The notes under the pieces were generated by a model, which worked only from the letters and a program-made list of their open reading frames with translations, was not told the DNA's origin and made no database searches. A program made the translations under genes and the position numbers. This document shows, in pieces, positions 49,405-60,867 of a stretch of DNA of 64,000 nt (positions within the stretch are counted from its first letter, which is position 1; the number at the start of each line of letters is the position of its first letter). The stretch is from Calditrichia bacterium (GTDB lineage: Bacteria; Calditrichota; Calditrichia; RBG-13-44-9; J075), in NCBI GenBank assembly GCA_050633245.1, contig JBOEGD010000009.1:256001-320000 (forward strand), given 5' to 3'.

Positions 49405-52055
49405 GGCGAGACGACTCCTTCCTTGGTTTCTTTACGCCGAAGAAAGGAGATAAGCGCTTCTTCCAGCTTTACGCGCTTAATCGGCTTAGTAAGATACTCA
49501 TCCATCCCGGCTTCCAGGCAACGTTCACGATCTCCTTTCATTGCATTCGCTGTAAGGGCAACGATGGGAATATGTTCTTTTTGAAGTTCTCGGATTTTTC
49601 GGGTTGCCGAATATCCATCCATTACCGGCATTTGAATATCCATGAGGATCAGATCAATAGCTAATTCCTGCCATAAAGAAACAGCACGTTCTCCATTTTC
49701 CGCAAGAATAGCGGTATAACCCAGATTAGTCAGCATGCGCATCATTATACGTTGATTGACCCTATTGTCTTCGACGAGCAAAATAGTCGAGCCTTCTTCA
49801 AGGTTCTCAGAAGCTATCGGTTCTACCGCTTCAGGTTGCTGTTTTGAAAAATTCGTTTCGCATGTGTCGGCGCCTGCGAGTCGGTTGGTTAAACCCGCTA
49901 ACGCTCGATTTATTGCCAGAGGATGGATTGGGTGAGCAATGAACACTGCAGAAAGATGCTCTAAATCGACATCAAGATCTGAAGAGTCACCAATAATAAG
50001 AAGTTTTATCTGCTCTTTATTATTATTGATAAACCGGATTAGATCATTGTTAATGCAATCGGCAGATGCAACGAATGTCCACTCTTCATCAATCTCTTGA
50101 CGCCGCAAAAACTTCAGAGCATCATCAACAACTGCACTTATCTCTATCTGTCCGCTGGTCTGACCGCGAAGTGCTTCCAGAAGTATTTTCTGCGCAATGC
50201 TTTCGGATTCGATCAAAACGATATTCTGGGAGGTTTTCTCGCTGTGTGAGGCCTCTTGTAGGGCATCTTCTTCGGCTTCCAGAAGGATTTCAAAAAAGAA
50301 GATCGTACCTGGGGCATTCTTTTCTTGCTCGTCTTTAACAGCAGGAATTTTCCACAATCCATTTTCCACACCCGGGCTTTCCAGCCATATAAGCCCATCC
50401 ATTTTTAATGCCAGCATAGATGCTATGGTAAGCCCGAGACCAGTTCCACCGTATTCTCGTGTTGTAGAAGAGTCTGCCTGCGAGAAAGATTCGAAAACCA
50501 CTTTCCGTTTTGCCGGATCAATGCCAATTCCTGTGTCGGAGATTGAGCCGCGCAGCCTTATTTTTTTTCCGTGTAATACAGCATGCTTAATTTGCAGCAG
50601 CACCTCGCCATCATGAGTAAACTTAACTGCATTATGAACTAAATTACCTACCAATTGCTTTAGGCGGCGCACGTCTCCAAAAAGCTTGTCCGGTGTCGCT
50701 CTATCGACCCAGCCTGCAACGGTAAGGCCTTTCTCAGTAGCTTCAGTGGTGACGCTCTCAACCACTTCTTCAACGAATTTCCGTAACGAAAAGACCTCTG
50801 GATTGAGCTCGATTTCGTCTGAATCCATTTTTGAGAAGTCCAAAATATCTTCAACAATTGTCATTAAGGAATTTCCGCTATTCTTAATAATATCGAGGTA
50901 CTGCTCTAACTCCGGGTTCAACTTCTTATCAGAAGCCAAGCTGACCATACCCAATATTCCATTTAGCGGAGTGCGTAACTCATGACTCATGTTGGCCAGG
51001 AAATCGCTTTTAGCCTGAATAGCAGCCTCAGCCCGCGTTCGAGCCAACTCCAGCTGCACGACGGTTTGATTTAAGCGATCGGCCTGCACTTCCAGTGCGA
51101 CTTTTGTCTTCTCAAGATCTGCAGCATAGACTTTAATGGCCTGTTCTCGCTTCACGCTGTCTGATATATCGCTAATTCTCAGCAAGTGCAAATTTTGACC
51201 GGCGCCCGAGATTCGAGTAACCACCAGTTCTCCAACATGATGTTCTCCGACAAATTCATCGAGATCAATTTCTCTTTTCATGACATAGGCAGATTCATCG
51301 TCAACCTGATCTAACTGAAGCTGCTCCTGCTCACCAAGCAGAAAATGCAGTAAATCCTCGGCCTCTTCCCTGGAGCAGGAAGTAGCCAACTGAAAGTATC
51401 TTTTTGCAACGGCATTACTCATAACTAATTTGCCGGCAGATATATCATAGAGTAACAAAGCGTCAACCGATTCTTCAAATATGGAATTCATCAGTCGCTT
51501 TTGCTTATCAAGCATAAATTCCATCTTTTCACTATTAAAGATGCTTACGCCATATGCAATTCCGATTGCGGCAAAAAGAACAGCGACAAAAAAGGGGCTT
51601 ACATAGAAGTTGCTCATCTGCAAACCGGCAACAATATTTGCCAGTATACCAAATCCGGAATAAACCAACAGGTGGACAAATCGCTTCATTACCGTAAAAA
51701 AACCACTGAAAACGACAAACATACCCAGAACATATTCAATTTTGTACAGATTTACAGTTGTGATAAAAACGAACCAGCCCATTATAAGTATAGAGGCAAC
51801 GTGGATTGTAAAAAGAAGATAGCGTTTTGCCTTTTCTTCCTTGAAAGAGAATGCAAAAATAAAGAGGCAAACGGCACCAATACTAAAACGTAACCAAAGT
51901 GGGTCGTAGGTATCCGGTTTTAGTACATAATGATAAACACCCATCGCCGGAATCAAGAAAGCAGCAACCAGTGTTAAATAGCGATAACGCTTTATCTGCT
52001 TGGTGGTTAAATGCATCGAACCATGTAACAACCATGTTTTTGAATTATTCGACAT
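49386..52055 (-). CDS. Membrane hybrid sensor histidine kinase (TM bundle-PAS-HisKA-HATPase-pseudoREC-REC)
   Basis: About 6 TMs; [43 protein letters not shown]. Confidence 0.93.
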   Translation of the reverse strand: MSNNSKTWLLHGSMHLTTKQIKRYRYLTLVAAFLIPAMGVYHYVLKPDTYDPLWLRFSIGAVCLFIFAFSFKEEKAKRYLLFTIHVASILIMGWFVFITTVNLYKIEYVLGMFVVFSGFFTVMKRFVHLLVYSGFGILANIVAGLQMSNFYVSPFFVAVLFAAIGIAYGVSIFNSEKMEFMLDKQKRLMNSIFEESVDALLLYDISAGKLVMSNAVAKRYFQLATSCSREEAEDLLHFLLGEQEQLQLDQVDDESAYVMKREIDLDEFVGEHHVGELVVTRISGAGQNLHLLRISDISDSVKREQAIKVYAADLEKTKVALEVQADRLNQTVVQLELARTRAEAAIQAKSDFLANMSHELRTPLNGILGMVSLASDKKLNPELEQYLDIIKNSGNSLMTIVEDILDFSKMDSDEIELNPEVFSLRKFVEEVVESVTTEATEKGLTVAGWVDRATPDKLFGDVRRLKQLVGNLVHNAVKFTHDGEVLLQIKHAVLHGKKIRLRGSISDTGIGIDPAKRKVVFESFSQADSSTTREYGGTGLGLTIASMLALKMDGLIWLESPGVENGLWKIPAVKDEQEKNAPGTIFFFEILLEAEEDALQEASHSEKTSQNIVLIESESIAQKILLEALRGQTSGQIEISAVVDDALKFLRRQEIDEEWTFVASADCINNDLIRFINNNKEQIKLLIIGDSSDLDVDLEHLSAVFIAHPIHPLAINRALAGLTNRLAGADTCETNFSKQQPEAVEPIASENLEEGSTILLVEDNRVNQRIMMRMLTNLGYTAILAENGERAVSLWQELAIDLILMDIQMPVMDGYSATRKIRELQKEHIPIVALTANAMKGDRERCLEAGMDEYLTKPIKRVKLEEALISFLRRKETKEGVVSPCSSEQ

Positions 52056-54396
52056 TATTTTCTGCTTCCCGTAGATTTGATGTCAGCAACATAAGTGTCG
52101 AGTACAGATCCTGACGCTTAAGCGGCTTACTGAGATAGCCATCCATACCTGCTTCAAGACAGCGTTCACGATCCCCTTTCATGGCATGGGCCGTAAGTGC
52201 AATAATTGGTGTCGGTGCCAGCGCCTGGGTGTTCTCTTTGCGTCGTATTTCCTGAGTGGCTTCCAGTCCATCCAGCTTCGGCATTTGAATATCCATTAAA
52301 ATAACGTCAAAGTTGGCGGCTCTCCACGCCTCTAAAGCCTCAAGGCCGTTGACAGCCAGAGTAACTTTATGGCCGCACTTTTCAAGCAGCTTAATTGCCA
52401 GACGCTGGTTAATTCGATTGTCTTCAGCAAGCAAAATTGAGAGCTCAGGACCTTCGTAGTGAATACCTCTGATGGCAGCCTCAGCATCAACGGTATCCTC
52501 ATTCGTTGAATCAGTGAAGTTTTGTAAAATTGTGCCAAGCAACTCAAGTGGTCTCACCGGTTTTACCAGATAGCCGCGGATGCCAATTTCCCGACAGCGC
52601 TGAACATCTCCACGTCTGTCCCCTGATGTAAGCAGGAGCATCGGTGTTTCACCTACTATCGGCATCAGCTTTTCAGCTACATCAAAACCATCCATCTCGG
52701 GCATTTGCCCATCGAGCAATATCAGGTCAAATGCCGGCTCGCCATTTTCTGCCACTTCATTACAGTATCTTATTGCAGCAGTACCGCCGGCAACGCTTTG
52801 AGGAATCATATTCCATCTACGGCTAACCAGCTCTTCAAGAATGCGGCGATTGGTATGATTGTCATCGACAATCAGGACTCGTTTTCCATTCAATACATCA
52901 AGGCTCTGAGTAGCTGGTGCAACTACGGGGTTTTCTGCATAGCCAAAGGTTGCAACAAAATGAAACGTACTCCCAATACCGCGTTGGCAATCTTCTATCT
53001 GGTCACCTGGTTGCTCAAGTTGATTATTGTCCAAACCCTTTACGTCGGCGGGGCTGGTAACCCAGATTTTTCCTTCCATCAGTTCCACAAGGCGCGATGA
53101 GATTGATAAACCCAATCCGGTCCCACCAAACTTTCGTGTCGTTGAACCATCGGCCTGTTTGAACGCCTCGAAAATTGCAGATTGTTTTTCCGCCGGAATA
53201 CCGATTCCGGTATCACTAATCGCAAAGTGCAGCTCTACCTGACTTTTATTCATTTCCTCAGGCCAGATTTTTACAAAAATCTCGCCTGACTGCGTAAACT
53301 TTATGGCATTTCCAATAAGATTAACCAGAATCTGACGAAGCCTTCCGGGATCTCCGAGCAAATATATCGGGACGTTTTCATCACTCCAATAGGCCAACTC
53401 CAACCCCTTTTGATGAGCTCGGACAGCCATAGTTTTCAACACATCACCGATATGCGTGTCTAACCGAAAATCAATCGGGTCGAGCTCCAGCTTGCCAGCT
53501 TCAATTTTAGAGAAGTCCAGGATGTCATTAATAATTGTCAGAAGCGATTCACCGGAGAACTTCACCATTCGTAGAAACTCACGCTGCTCAGTATTCAACT
53601 CCGTATCGAGCGCCAGCTCTGTCATCCCGATAATTCCATTCATCGGTGTTCGAATCTCGTGACTCATATTCGCCAGGAACTCACTTTTGGCTGAGTTTGC
53701 CGCTTCGGCACCATCCTTGGCCATTTTCAGCTCCACGGTGCGTACGCGAACCTCTTCTTCAATAATTTCCTTATTCGACTCTAACTTCGCCTGACGTGAA
53801 GCGATCTCGTACATTTCTGTTTCGCTGTAAAGACAGGATCTCATCAGGAAAACCACTTCAAAAACCACCCATGCAGCATGCTCAATCCAACGCCACGGAC
53901 TGGCGATGAATACGCCGAAAACCGACTCTGGAAACCATGTGCCACGCACAAAATGGTCCAGAGCAATAACAAGAGTTGCCGTGAGTAAAACTCGCCAATC
54001 GCGATACATTGCGATAAAGGCCAACGATCCGAAAACGTGAAAATGCGCCTCAATCCGTCCGCCGCATATATGTATTAGCAGAGCTGAGACAACCATTTGT
54101 GATGCCGCAAAGACGTGTCTTGTAATTGCCTCACCAGGACGATAACGAGCAAGTAAAATCGGATAGAATGAGCATAAGCCACCAAGAAAGATTGCCATCC
54201 AAACGTGCAAATGAATAGCGAACTGATCCCCAGACCAGTCGTAAGGCGTTAGAGTCCACGCCAGGAACACCAGCCCAAACCACTGCAGTATCATCAGGCG
54301 AGAGAGCAAACGATCGTTGGTGCAATATACCTCATGTCGATGCCGATCGAGCAGGCGTTGAGTTGCCTTTTCAACTTGTATTGTTATATTAGACAT
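52045..54396 (-). CDS. Membrane hybrid histidine kinase with RedC-like sensor domain and two REC domains
   Basis: [28 protein letters not shown] membrane domain; [15 protein letters not shown]; LLDGQMP and LMDIQMP. Confidence 0.92.
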   Translation of the reverse strand: MSNITIQVEKATQRLLDRHRHEVYCTNDRLLSRLMILQWFGLVFLAWTLTPYDWSGDQFAIHLHVWMAIFLGGLCSFYPILLARYRPGEAITRHVFAASQMVVSALLIHICGGRIEAHFHVFGSLAFIAMYRDWRVLLTATLVIALDHFVRGTWFPESVFGVFIASPWRWIEHAAWVVFEVVFLMRSCLYSETEMYEIASRQAKLESNKEIIEEEVRVRTVELKMAKDGAEAANSAKSEFLANMSHEIRTPMNGIIGMTELALDTELNTEQREFLRMVKFSGESLLTIINDILDFSKIEAGKLELDPIDFRLDTHIGDVLKTMAVRAHQKGLELAYWSDENVPIYLLGDPGRLRQILVNLIGNAIKFTQSGEIFVKIWPEEMNKSQVELHFAISDTGIGIPAEKQSAIFEAFKQADGSTTRKFGGTGLGLSISSRLVELMEGKIWVTSPADVKGLDNNQLEQPGDQIEDCQRGIGSTFHFVATFGYAENPVVAPATQSLDVLNGKRVLIVDDNHTNRRILEELVSRRWNMIPQSVAGGTAAIRYCNEVAENGEPAFDLILLDGQMPEMDGFDVAEKLMPIVGETPMLLLTSGDRRGDVQRCREIGIRGYLVKPVRPLELLGTILQNFTDSTNEDTVDAEAAIRGIHYEGPELSILLAEDNRINQRLAIKLLEKCGHKVTLAVNGLEALEAWRAANFDVILMDIQMPKLDGLEATQEIRRKENTQALAPTPIIALTAHAMKGDRERCLEAGMDGYLSKPLKRQDLYSTLMLLTSNLREAENNVE

Positions 54397-54398
54397 CT

Positions 54399-55013
54399 TT
54401 ACATCCCGTCTTCTGTCGCAGTTGTTATTGCACAGCCAAATACCGGGGTGCTGCGAAACTCAGTTTTTTGATTTGCGAGAAGTTTAAAAACCGTCGCGCT
54501 TCCGGCATTTGCGCCAATATGGCCTCTGGATGCGGTAATCCCGCCCGAGAATAAAAGCTCACCATCCACGCTATACAAGACTGTTTCGCCGGAAGTCCTT
54601 AGGCCAAATGTCTTACTGATCTCCCCATTACTATCTCGAATTAACTGAACGTTCGCCAGCTCTTCGGCCATTTGCAAAGACAGTCCACCAGACCAATTTT
54701 CTTCTGCATCAACAGGGGCATAAACCAAAACAATGGATTGAACAGGCTCGGAGGACCTAAGCAGTAGTTTCTCCAATTCAATTAAGCTCGCCCGCGAACA
54801 TGGGCAATGCGGATGAAGCGTCATAACCAAAGCTGGGCTGTCGTTGCGAAGCAAAGCACTTTCTACAGGCCATTGCGATACACGCTCCGTAACTGAGGCA
54901 GGCTTATTCTGGTATCTAATGAGAATAAATAACCCGACGAGCACGCAGATACCCCAGGCGCAAGTAATCCATATCCCTGAAAAAAGTGATTTCTTTCGAA
55001 GCGTAGACTCCAT
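54399..55013 (-). CDS. RedB-like membrane-anchored thioredoxin-fold protein
   Basis: N-terminal [42 protein letters not shown]; start at MESTLRK. Confidence 0.75.
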   Translation of the reverse strand: MESTLRKKSLFSGIWITCAWGICVLVGLFILIRYQNKPASVTERVSQWPVESALLRNDSPALVMTLHPHCPCSRASLIELEKLLLRSSEPVQSIVLVYAPVDAEENWSGGLSLQMAEELANVQLIRDSNGEISKTFGLRTSGETVLYSVDGELLFSGGITASRGHIGANAGSATVFKLLANQKTEFRSTPVFGCAITTATEDGM

Positions 55014-55014
55014 G

Positions 55015-57318
55015 TCAGGCTCCAACTCTATTGTCGATCTGCTCTTCAATTGCGCTAAACAGTGATTCCGGATTGATCGGTTTGGAGAGATAGCCATCCA
55101 TTCCGGCCACTATACAGCGTTCGCGATCTCCCTTCATGGCATGGGCAGTGAGCGCGATAATCGGTTGATGTTTTCCCGTTCCCTGTTCGAGTTTGCGAAT
55201 GGCTGAAGTGGCTTCAAAACCATCCATTTCCGGCATTTGCACATCCATCAGGATGATATCGAACTCTGCTTTTGCGAGATGTTGCAGCACCTCGTTGCCA
55301 TTGTTGGCAACTGTTACCTGATGTCCCATTTTTGCAAGCAGTTTTAAAGCCAGCTTTTGATTAATTGCGTTATCTTCAGCAAGCAGAACGTTCAGGTTTG
55401 AACGGGCAACGCGAACTGACATGTCCCCTGACTGCTTTTCTTCACTATTTTTCACTTTCTCATCGAAGAAAGTAACAATTCCATCCAGCAGTACGGATGG
55501 TGTAATAGGCTTCCTGATAGCCTGTGTCCGGTTTTCCAGACGGATTGTCTGCAAAAAGTGGGGCTTGCCTTTTTCCGTAACAAATAATATCGGAATGCTT
55601 TCATACCGATTTATCAACACCATCTTTTGAAGCAAAGCGGGTGCATCTTTTTCAGCTGCAAAGGCATTGCAAATGAACATTCCATACGGCTGATTTACAT
55701 CGCGGCTATAAACGGCTTCCGAATAAGCTTGTTCATAAGAAGAGACTGCCTGAGGATTTGCTCCCCAGCTGGCAATGACTTCGCATAAATATTTACGCTG
55801 TAGTTCATCGGGCTCGACGATTAGAATACTCAAGTCATCGAGCAGGCTCTGCTGTTTATCATTAATCGCGGGCATGGTGTCCGCAATTTTTGCTTTAATC
55901 GTGAAATGGAATGTGCTTCCCGGGCCTCTCGCGTTAGTGGTGCCAGACTCCACCTGCGACAATGTTTTACAAAACTCCTTATTCATTGGGCTTTCTACCC
56001 AAATATCCCCGTTCATCATTTTTACCAGGCGGGTTGTAATGGCTAAGCCAAGCCCGGTACCGCCAAATTTGCGGGTAGTGGAGGTATCTGCTTGTGAAAA
56101 AGCGTCAAAGATTCCTCCCTGTTTGTCCTTGGGGATTCCAATTCCTGTATCGGATACTGCAAAGTGCAACGTGCAGTAGCCATCATCCAATCCTTCAGCT
56201 GATAAATACAGGTGAACGCTTCCGGAGGGAGTAAACTTTAAGGCATTTCCAATCAGGTTTATCAAAATCTGGCGTATTCGCCCCGGATCTGCCTGAAGCA
56301 AGGTTGGAAGCTCGGCATCCATAAAGTAGTCCAACTGCAACCCGCGGCTGTGCGCTCGTACTTGCTGTACTTTTGCGGTATCAGTCATCAATGCGCGTGG
56401 ATCGAAATCAATCATTTCAAGATCCATTTTTCCGGCCTCGATTTTGGAAAAATCAAGGATGTCATTAATGATAGTAAGAAGTGATTCGGCAGAGGAATGA
56501 ACCATCGAGTTGTATTCAATCTGTTCTTCATCGAGAGATGTTTCAGACAATAAATCGGACATGCCGATAATACCGTTCATCGGCGTACGGATTTCATGAC
56601 TCATATTTGCGAGAAAATCGCTCTTTGCACGCGTCGCGGCTTCAGCTTTTCCCTTAGCTTCTTCCAGCTCATGTACCGTTTTAGTCAGCGCTCTGGCCTT
56701 ACTTTCCAGCTCTTCTTTAGCGAGCACCAAATCATCGGCAAAACGCTGTAGCTCTAGTTGTGCCTTATAGCGTTCTGATATATCTCTCATAACCGCAACA
56801 TAAAGTATTTCTCCGCTATCAAACTCCATTGAGCTAAGAGCAAAGTCGGCGGGAAATGTTTCACCATTCTTTCGCCTGCCTTCCGCGGCAAAAATACTTC
56901 CGAGGTTTTCAGGCTTCATCAGATCCTTCATCTCAAAAGCAGCTTGATTCTCCATTTTTGGGAAGTGAACAATCTTTTCCATCGACATATACACAGCGCT
57001 GTTGACGTCATAGCCAAATATTTTCACGGCCGACTTGTTAAACGACTGAATGATACCGGCACTATTAACTGTAAAAATGGCATCTACCACATTGTTCATA
57101 ATAGCAGAAACGCGTACTTCGCTTTGTTTCAGCACCCGCTTATTCAAGTTCATAACTTCCGCAGACATCAGTTCAACAGAGCGATCTTTAAGGCGTCGCT
57201 CTTTATCAAACTCATTATAGGTTTCAGAAATCACCTGCAAGAGTGCTTCATAGTCGGGCTTATCGGATTTAGATGCGCGAAGAGCCCGACGAAGTTGTCT
57301 TTTCAACAACCTATGCAT
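55015..57318 (-). CDS. Cytoplasmic PAS hybrid histidine kinase (FIST-associated, NahK-like)
   Basis: [12 protein letters not shown]-terminus, PAS ([20 protein letters not shown]), [15 protein letters not shown], degenerate REC, then IILMDVQMP. Confidence 0.92.
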   Translation of the reverse strand: MHRLLKRQLRRALRASKSDKPDYEALLQVISETYNEFDKERRLKDRSVELMSAEVMNLNKRVLKQSEVRVSAIMNNVVDAIFTVNSAGIIQSFNKSAVKIFGYDVNSAVYMSMEKIVHFPKMENQAAFEMKDLMKPENLGSIFAAEGRRKNGETFPADFALSSMEFDSGEILYVAVMRDISERYKAQLELQRFADDLVLAKEELESKARALTKTVHELEEAKGKAEAATRAKSDFLANMSHEIRTPMNGIIGMSDLLSETSLDEEQIEYNSMVHSSAESLLTIINDILDFSKIEAGKMDLEMIDFDPRALMTDTAKVQQVRAHSRGLQLDYFMDAELPTLLQADPGRIRQILINLIGNALKFTPSGSVHLYLSAEGLDDGYCTLHFAVSDTGIGIPKDKQGGIFDAFSQADTSTTRKFGGTGLGLAITTRLVKMMNGDIWVESPMNKEFCKTLSQVESGTTNARGPGSTFHFTIKAKIADTMPAINDKQQSLLDDLSILIVEPDELQRKYLCEVIASWGANPQAVSSYEQAYSEAVYSRDVNQPYGMFICNAFAAEKDAPALLQKMVLINRYESIPILFVTEKGKPHFLQTIRLENRTQAIRKPITPSVLLDGIVTFFDEKVKNSEEKQSGDMSVRVARSNLNVLLAEDNAINQKLALKLLAKMGHQVTVANNGNEVLQHLAKAEFDIILMDVQMPEMDGFEATSAIRKLEQGTGKHQPIIALTAHAMKGDRERCIVAGMDGYLSKPINPESLFSAIEEQIDNRVGA

Positions 57319-57331
57319 AAGTAACTCCGGC

Positions 57332-58474
57332 TCAACTCTCAGAGAGAATTGTAATTGTCATTGTTTGATTATGAAGCTCACATTTACCTGTCGAAACATG
57401 AGGGGAAATTTCACCATAGGAATAGAAGCCAATCTGCGCAACATCGTCCCCCAGGAGCTCCTGAACCGCTTCAACTTCATCGGCAGTTCGCTGCCCCAAA
57501 ATCATTTTGCGACCGACACAGCTAATCAACACGGCAAGGCGATTGCCTTCGTCACCATCCTGATCGGCAATTTTTGCCGCACTACCGGCACCATCGATCA
57601 AGCGCTCAAAATTTGCGCGCATCAGCTGAGCAATTTGTCCCTGAGGAATATCTCCTGCGAAGGTCATTGATTGTGCTTCCTCATCGATGGCGAGCAGCGT
57701 ACGAACAATGCCCGATTCCGGATCTTCCGGAGAGCGCACCATCAGAGGGAATAGAAGGCCGCTTCCAGGTAAATTCTCCGCTTCTTCGCCAAGATATTTT
57801 TTGTAAAGCTCAAGGGCCGGCTTTCCATCCAGTTCGTATAACACATTGCCTTCCGATTTCGTTACAACGCGCTCGGGACCGAAACTGTCCCAGCCGCCAA
57901 CGGAACCATGACCAATACGAATGGTCTCGCCGTAAAAGCCCACTGCGGCAATACGACCAACCTCAGGAGCAGCATTGCACACAACCCGCGTTGTGCCAAA
58001 GCTCGAACCATCACCGGCCAGTCCACCAGTTACCGGAATATCATCTCCGACGATCTGCGTCATACCGTTTACAAGATCACTACCATTTACCTGTAGGCCT
58101 TCGGAAACAATGAGCACGCCTTTTAAATCGTCATTCAACAACTCACGCCCAAGCTTTTGGCCGGCGTGAAAAGAATTATCTACTTCGCTGATAAGCACCG
58201 ACGCTACTTTAATGGGTGTGTTATCAAGAGAAATTGCACTTACTACAACGCTATTATCCCATACTTCATCCATAACAATTTCACCGGCACTACTGCAACC
58301 AATAATATCGGCGTTCGGATATCGATCGCGTATTGCGTTGTAATGAACGTCAGTTTCCATCAACTCAGGGGCAGCAAAGAAAAGGACCAGCTGTGGATTT
58401 TCCACCTCCATACTATCGAGGTTTTGCCATTCCTGCTTTTCATTCCACATCATTTGTTTCACACGCATATTCAT
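57332..58474 (-). CDS. FIST signal-transduction protein (NosP-like)
   Basis: [65 protein letters not shown]. Confidence 0.93.
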   Translation of the reverse strand: MNMRVKQMMWNEKQEWQNLDSMEVENPQLVLFFAAPELMETDVHYNAIRDRYPNADIIGCSSAGEIVMDEVWDNSVVVSAISLDNTPIKVASVLISEVDNSFHAGQKLGRELLNDDLKGVLIVSEGLQVNGSDLVNGMTQIVGDDIPVTGGLAGDGSSFGTTRVVCNAAPEVGRIAAVGFYGETIRIGHGSVGGWDSFGPERVVTKSEGNVLYELDGKPALELYKKYLGEEAENLPGSGLLFPLMVRSPEDPESGIVRTLLAIDEEAQSMTFAGDIPQGQIAQLMRANFERLIDGAGSAAKIADQDGDEGNRLAVLISCVGRKMILGQRTADEVEAVQELLGDDVAQIGFYSYGEISPHVSTGKCELHNQTMTITILSES

Positions 58475-58680
58475 ACTCCTGTTTGGAATAGTTGCTATCA
58501 GCGCCTCAAAGTTGCCTTTATAATGCGTCTGATAAATTTATTTTAGGGAAAAACGAGGAAGGCTATGCGGCAAGAAGCCGCGGTTAGAATACAAAAGTAC
58601 AAACCTGAAGTTGAATACTAATACCTGCGCCTTCCTGCGCACCCCACAATATTCCGACACTTTCCACACAAAAAAAGCTA

Positions 58681-59058
58681 CTAGACCACACATTCTTTTG
58701 ACAATTCTTCAAGTGCCTGGCTCACTTCATCCATGGCCTCCTTCAGAGTATGGAAGTCTGCCACGCCCGAAGTAAAATCTTGCTTACTGCCGGAAATTTC
58801 CAGTTTAAGCGCGGCATCAACTGCCTTTTGAGCGCAGAAATTACTTACTGAGCCTTTCAAAGTATGAGCCGCGGCCTTTAAGCCATCCGCATTTTCGGAT
58901 TGAATTGACTCATTAATTTCGCTCATTAACTGAGGATAATCTTCCAAGAAAAGCTCGATCAACTCCTGCAGTAATTCCATATCATCGTCCACACGGCTAT
59001 ACAGCTCTTGACGATCCAGAACTGAGTCGATATTCATAAATGTCTCCTTTTGCAGCAT
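58681..59058 (-). CDS. Stand-alone Hpt (histidine phosphotransfer) protein
   Basis: LLQELIELFLED, AAHTLKGSVSNF. Confidence 0.92.
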   Translation of the reverse strand: MLQKETFMNIDSVLDRQELYSRVDDDMELLQELIELFLEDYPQLMSEINESIQSENADGLKAAAHTLKGSVSNFCAQKAVDAALKLEISGSKQDFTSGVADFHTLKEAMDEVSQALEELSKECVV

Positions 59059-59175
59059 TATTTTATGCGATTCCTGCCTTATGACAATTGCAATACAGTA
59101 AGTATCGACGCCTAGCGAAAAATTTAAAGCGCAAAACGCAAAAACTTCCAGCGAATGTGCAATTTTCCAGATTAC

Positions 59176-60426
59176 TCATGTTTTGGTTGCCCGATAACGT
59201 AAAAGCGGTAAAAAGATCAGGAAAAATACCAGCACAAAAAATATCGCTGCAATAGTAAATGATACCCGATATCCCTGGTTGTCGATTAACGCACCCAATA
59301 CCGGACCGAGAAGTGCAAAGTTCAAGCGCACGCCAAGACTGGCAACCGAATTGGCAGTCGCGCGGATGTCTCCGGTCACCCTCTTGTTTAAATCATCTCG
59401 CAATAAAACACCGGTAAGTCCGCGGCTTACCTTAAACAACAGTCCGGCAACAATTCCAAAAAGACCGGCTCCCCAAGCCATTCCCAGATAACCCGCGATT
59501 GGAAGCAGTGCGATGGAGAAGAGCAGTATTTTCCTCCCCAACAGATGATCCAGTCGATTTGCGAGACGAGCAGTAAGAGCCACAACGCCATTAAACAGCG
59601 CCCATAAATACCCAAAATAGTAGATTGGAATATCAATTGACCCCCAATACCCCTGAAAAGCCCAAACCGCCAGCAGAGTTGATGATCCGTAGAAAATCAA
59701 GTTCAGAAGAATAAAGGTAAGCAGCTTTGAATGGCCGAACAGAGAACGCCAAATGTATCCAATATTGCCTGAATGCGAGGTGCTGCTCATCTTTGAACGC
59801 GGCGGTTCGGTAAGCGTGAGAGCGATAAACAATGGAATCCAACCGGTAACAGCGTTTACCTGAATAGGCAGAGCAAGAGAAATATAAGCGAATCCCCCAC
59901 CGAGCAGCGCGGCAACCATTTCTCCCGTTTGAGCATAAAAGATTTTGCGGCCAAGAAACTGACTCTCTTCTCCATCTCGACTTTCAATTCCTTCCAAGCT
60001 GTCATATATCATTGCAATATCACTTCCGGAGAACAGGCTTCCTGCAAAGGCAATAATGATTTCGAACACGACAAACCAGATATAGGAATCGCCAAGCGCC
60101 AGGGTTGTCATTCCAATACCATTAAACAACCCGGCCAGCATTAATGTGTTTTTGCGCCCAAACAAATCGGCAAGATAACCGGATGGCACTTCCAGAAGCA
60201 CCACGCTAAATGCAAAGATTGCCTGAAGTTCAAAAACAGCCTGCATTCCCAGCTCATGCGATTTTAAAAAAGGCACGATTACCGGCATGATAATCAGGAA
60301 CATCCAGGCACCGTTTAACATCAAGACTTTTGTAATATTTGCTTTGAGGCGTTTTTCCTGAAGTGTCACCGTAATAGACCTTTTCTCTATTAAACCTGCG
60401 GGCTTTTTCTGCCGATAACGAAGCAT
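59176..60426 (-). CDS. MFS transporter
   Basis: About 12 TMs; EVPSGYLADLFGRK, SGSDIAMIYDSL, RATANS; true start possibly GTG 60369. Confidence 0.9.
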   Translation of the reverse strand: MLRYRQKKPAGLIEKRSITVTLQEKRLKANITKVLMLNGAWMFLIIMPVIVPFLKSHELGMQAVFELQAIFAFSVVLLEVPSGYLADLFGRKNTLMLAGLFNGIGMTTLALGDSYIWFVVFEIIIAFAGSLFSGSDIAMIYDSLEGIESRDGEESQFLGRKIFYAQTGEMVAALLGGGFAYISLALPIQVNAVTGWIPLFIALTLTEPPRSKMSSTSHSGNIGYIWRSLFGHSKLLTFILLNLIFYGSSTLLAVWAFQGYWGSIDIPIYYFGYLWALFNGVVALTARLANRLDHLLGRKILLFSIALLPIAGYLGMAWGAGLFGIVAGLLFKVSRGLTGVLLRDDLNKRVTGDIRATANSVASLGVRLNFALLGPVLGALIDNQGYRVSFTIAAIFFVLVFFLIFLPLLRYRATKT

Positions 60427-60867
60427 CGCTTTAAATTTGTCAAATATAAACTTGCAGCGATTATCACAACCGCTAAACCGTTTCCGAACTAGGTTTTACA
60501 AGATTACGGACGATCAGTGACATACCGCCAGTGCAGCGACGTTTACGTAGATTTTCACATTCTAAAACGGAAGCTGCCGCCCACCGCAACACCGGTTTAC
60601 ACCATCCGTGAAATTATCCAGTATGAAGCAACTGTATACGTTTTCGAGCATATTTATTGGATATTTATGCTACATTTGCTTTATTTAGCTGGCACTCTGA
60701 CGTCTATAATCTACGAAATATGCTTTGCATCAATTATTCACTCGTTAAACATCTCTATCCTAAAGAGGGTAAAAAAACTGCTTTACCTTAAGATTGGCAA
60801 TGACACAATACGGCTCTTGGCGAGTCGATAAATAGTAAGCAATATAACTGACAGTCGGTATTATAAA

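Noticed and set aside
60517-60831. 104-aa ORF between the MFS and kinase genes
   Set aside because: AT-rich divergent promoter region, no RBS or motif; likely spurious.
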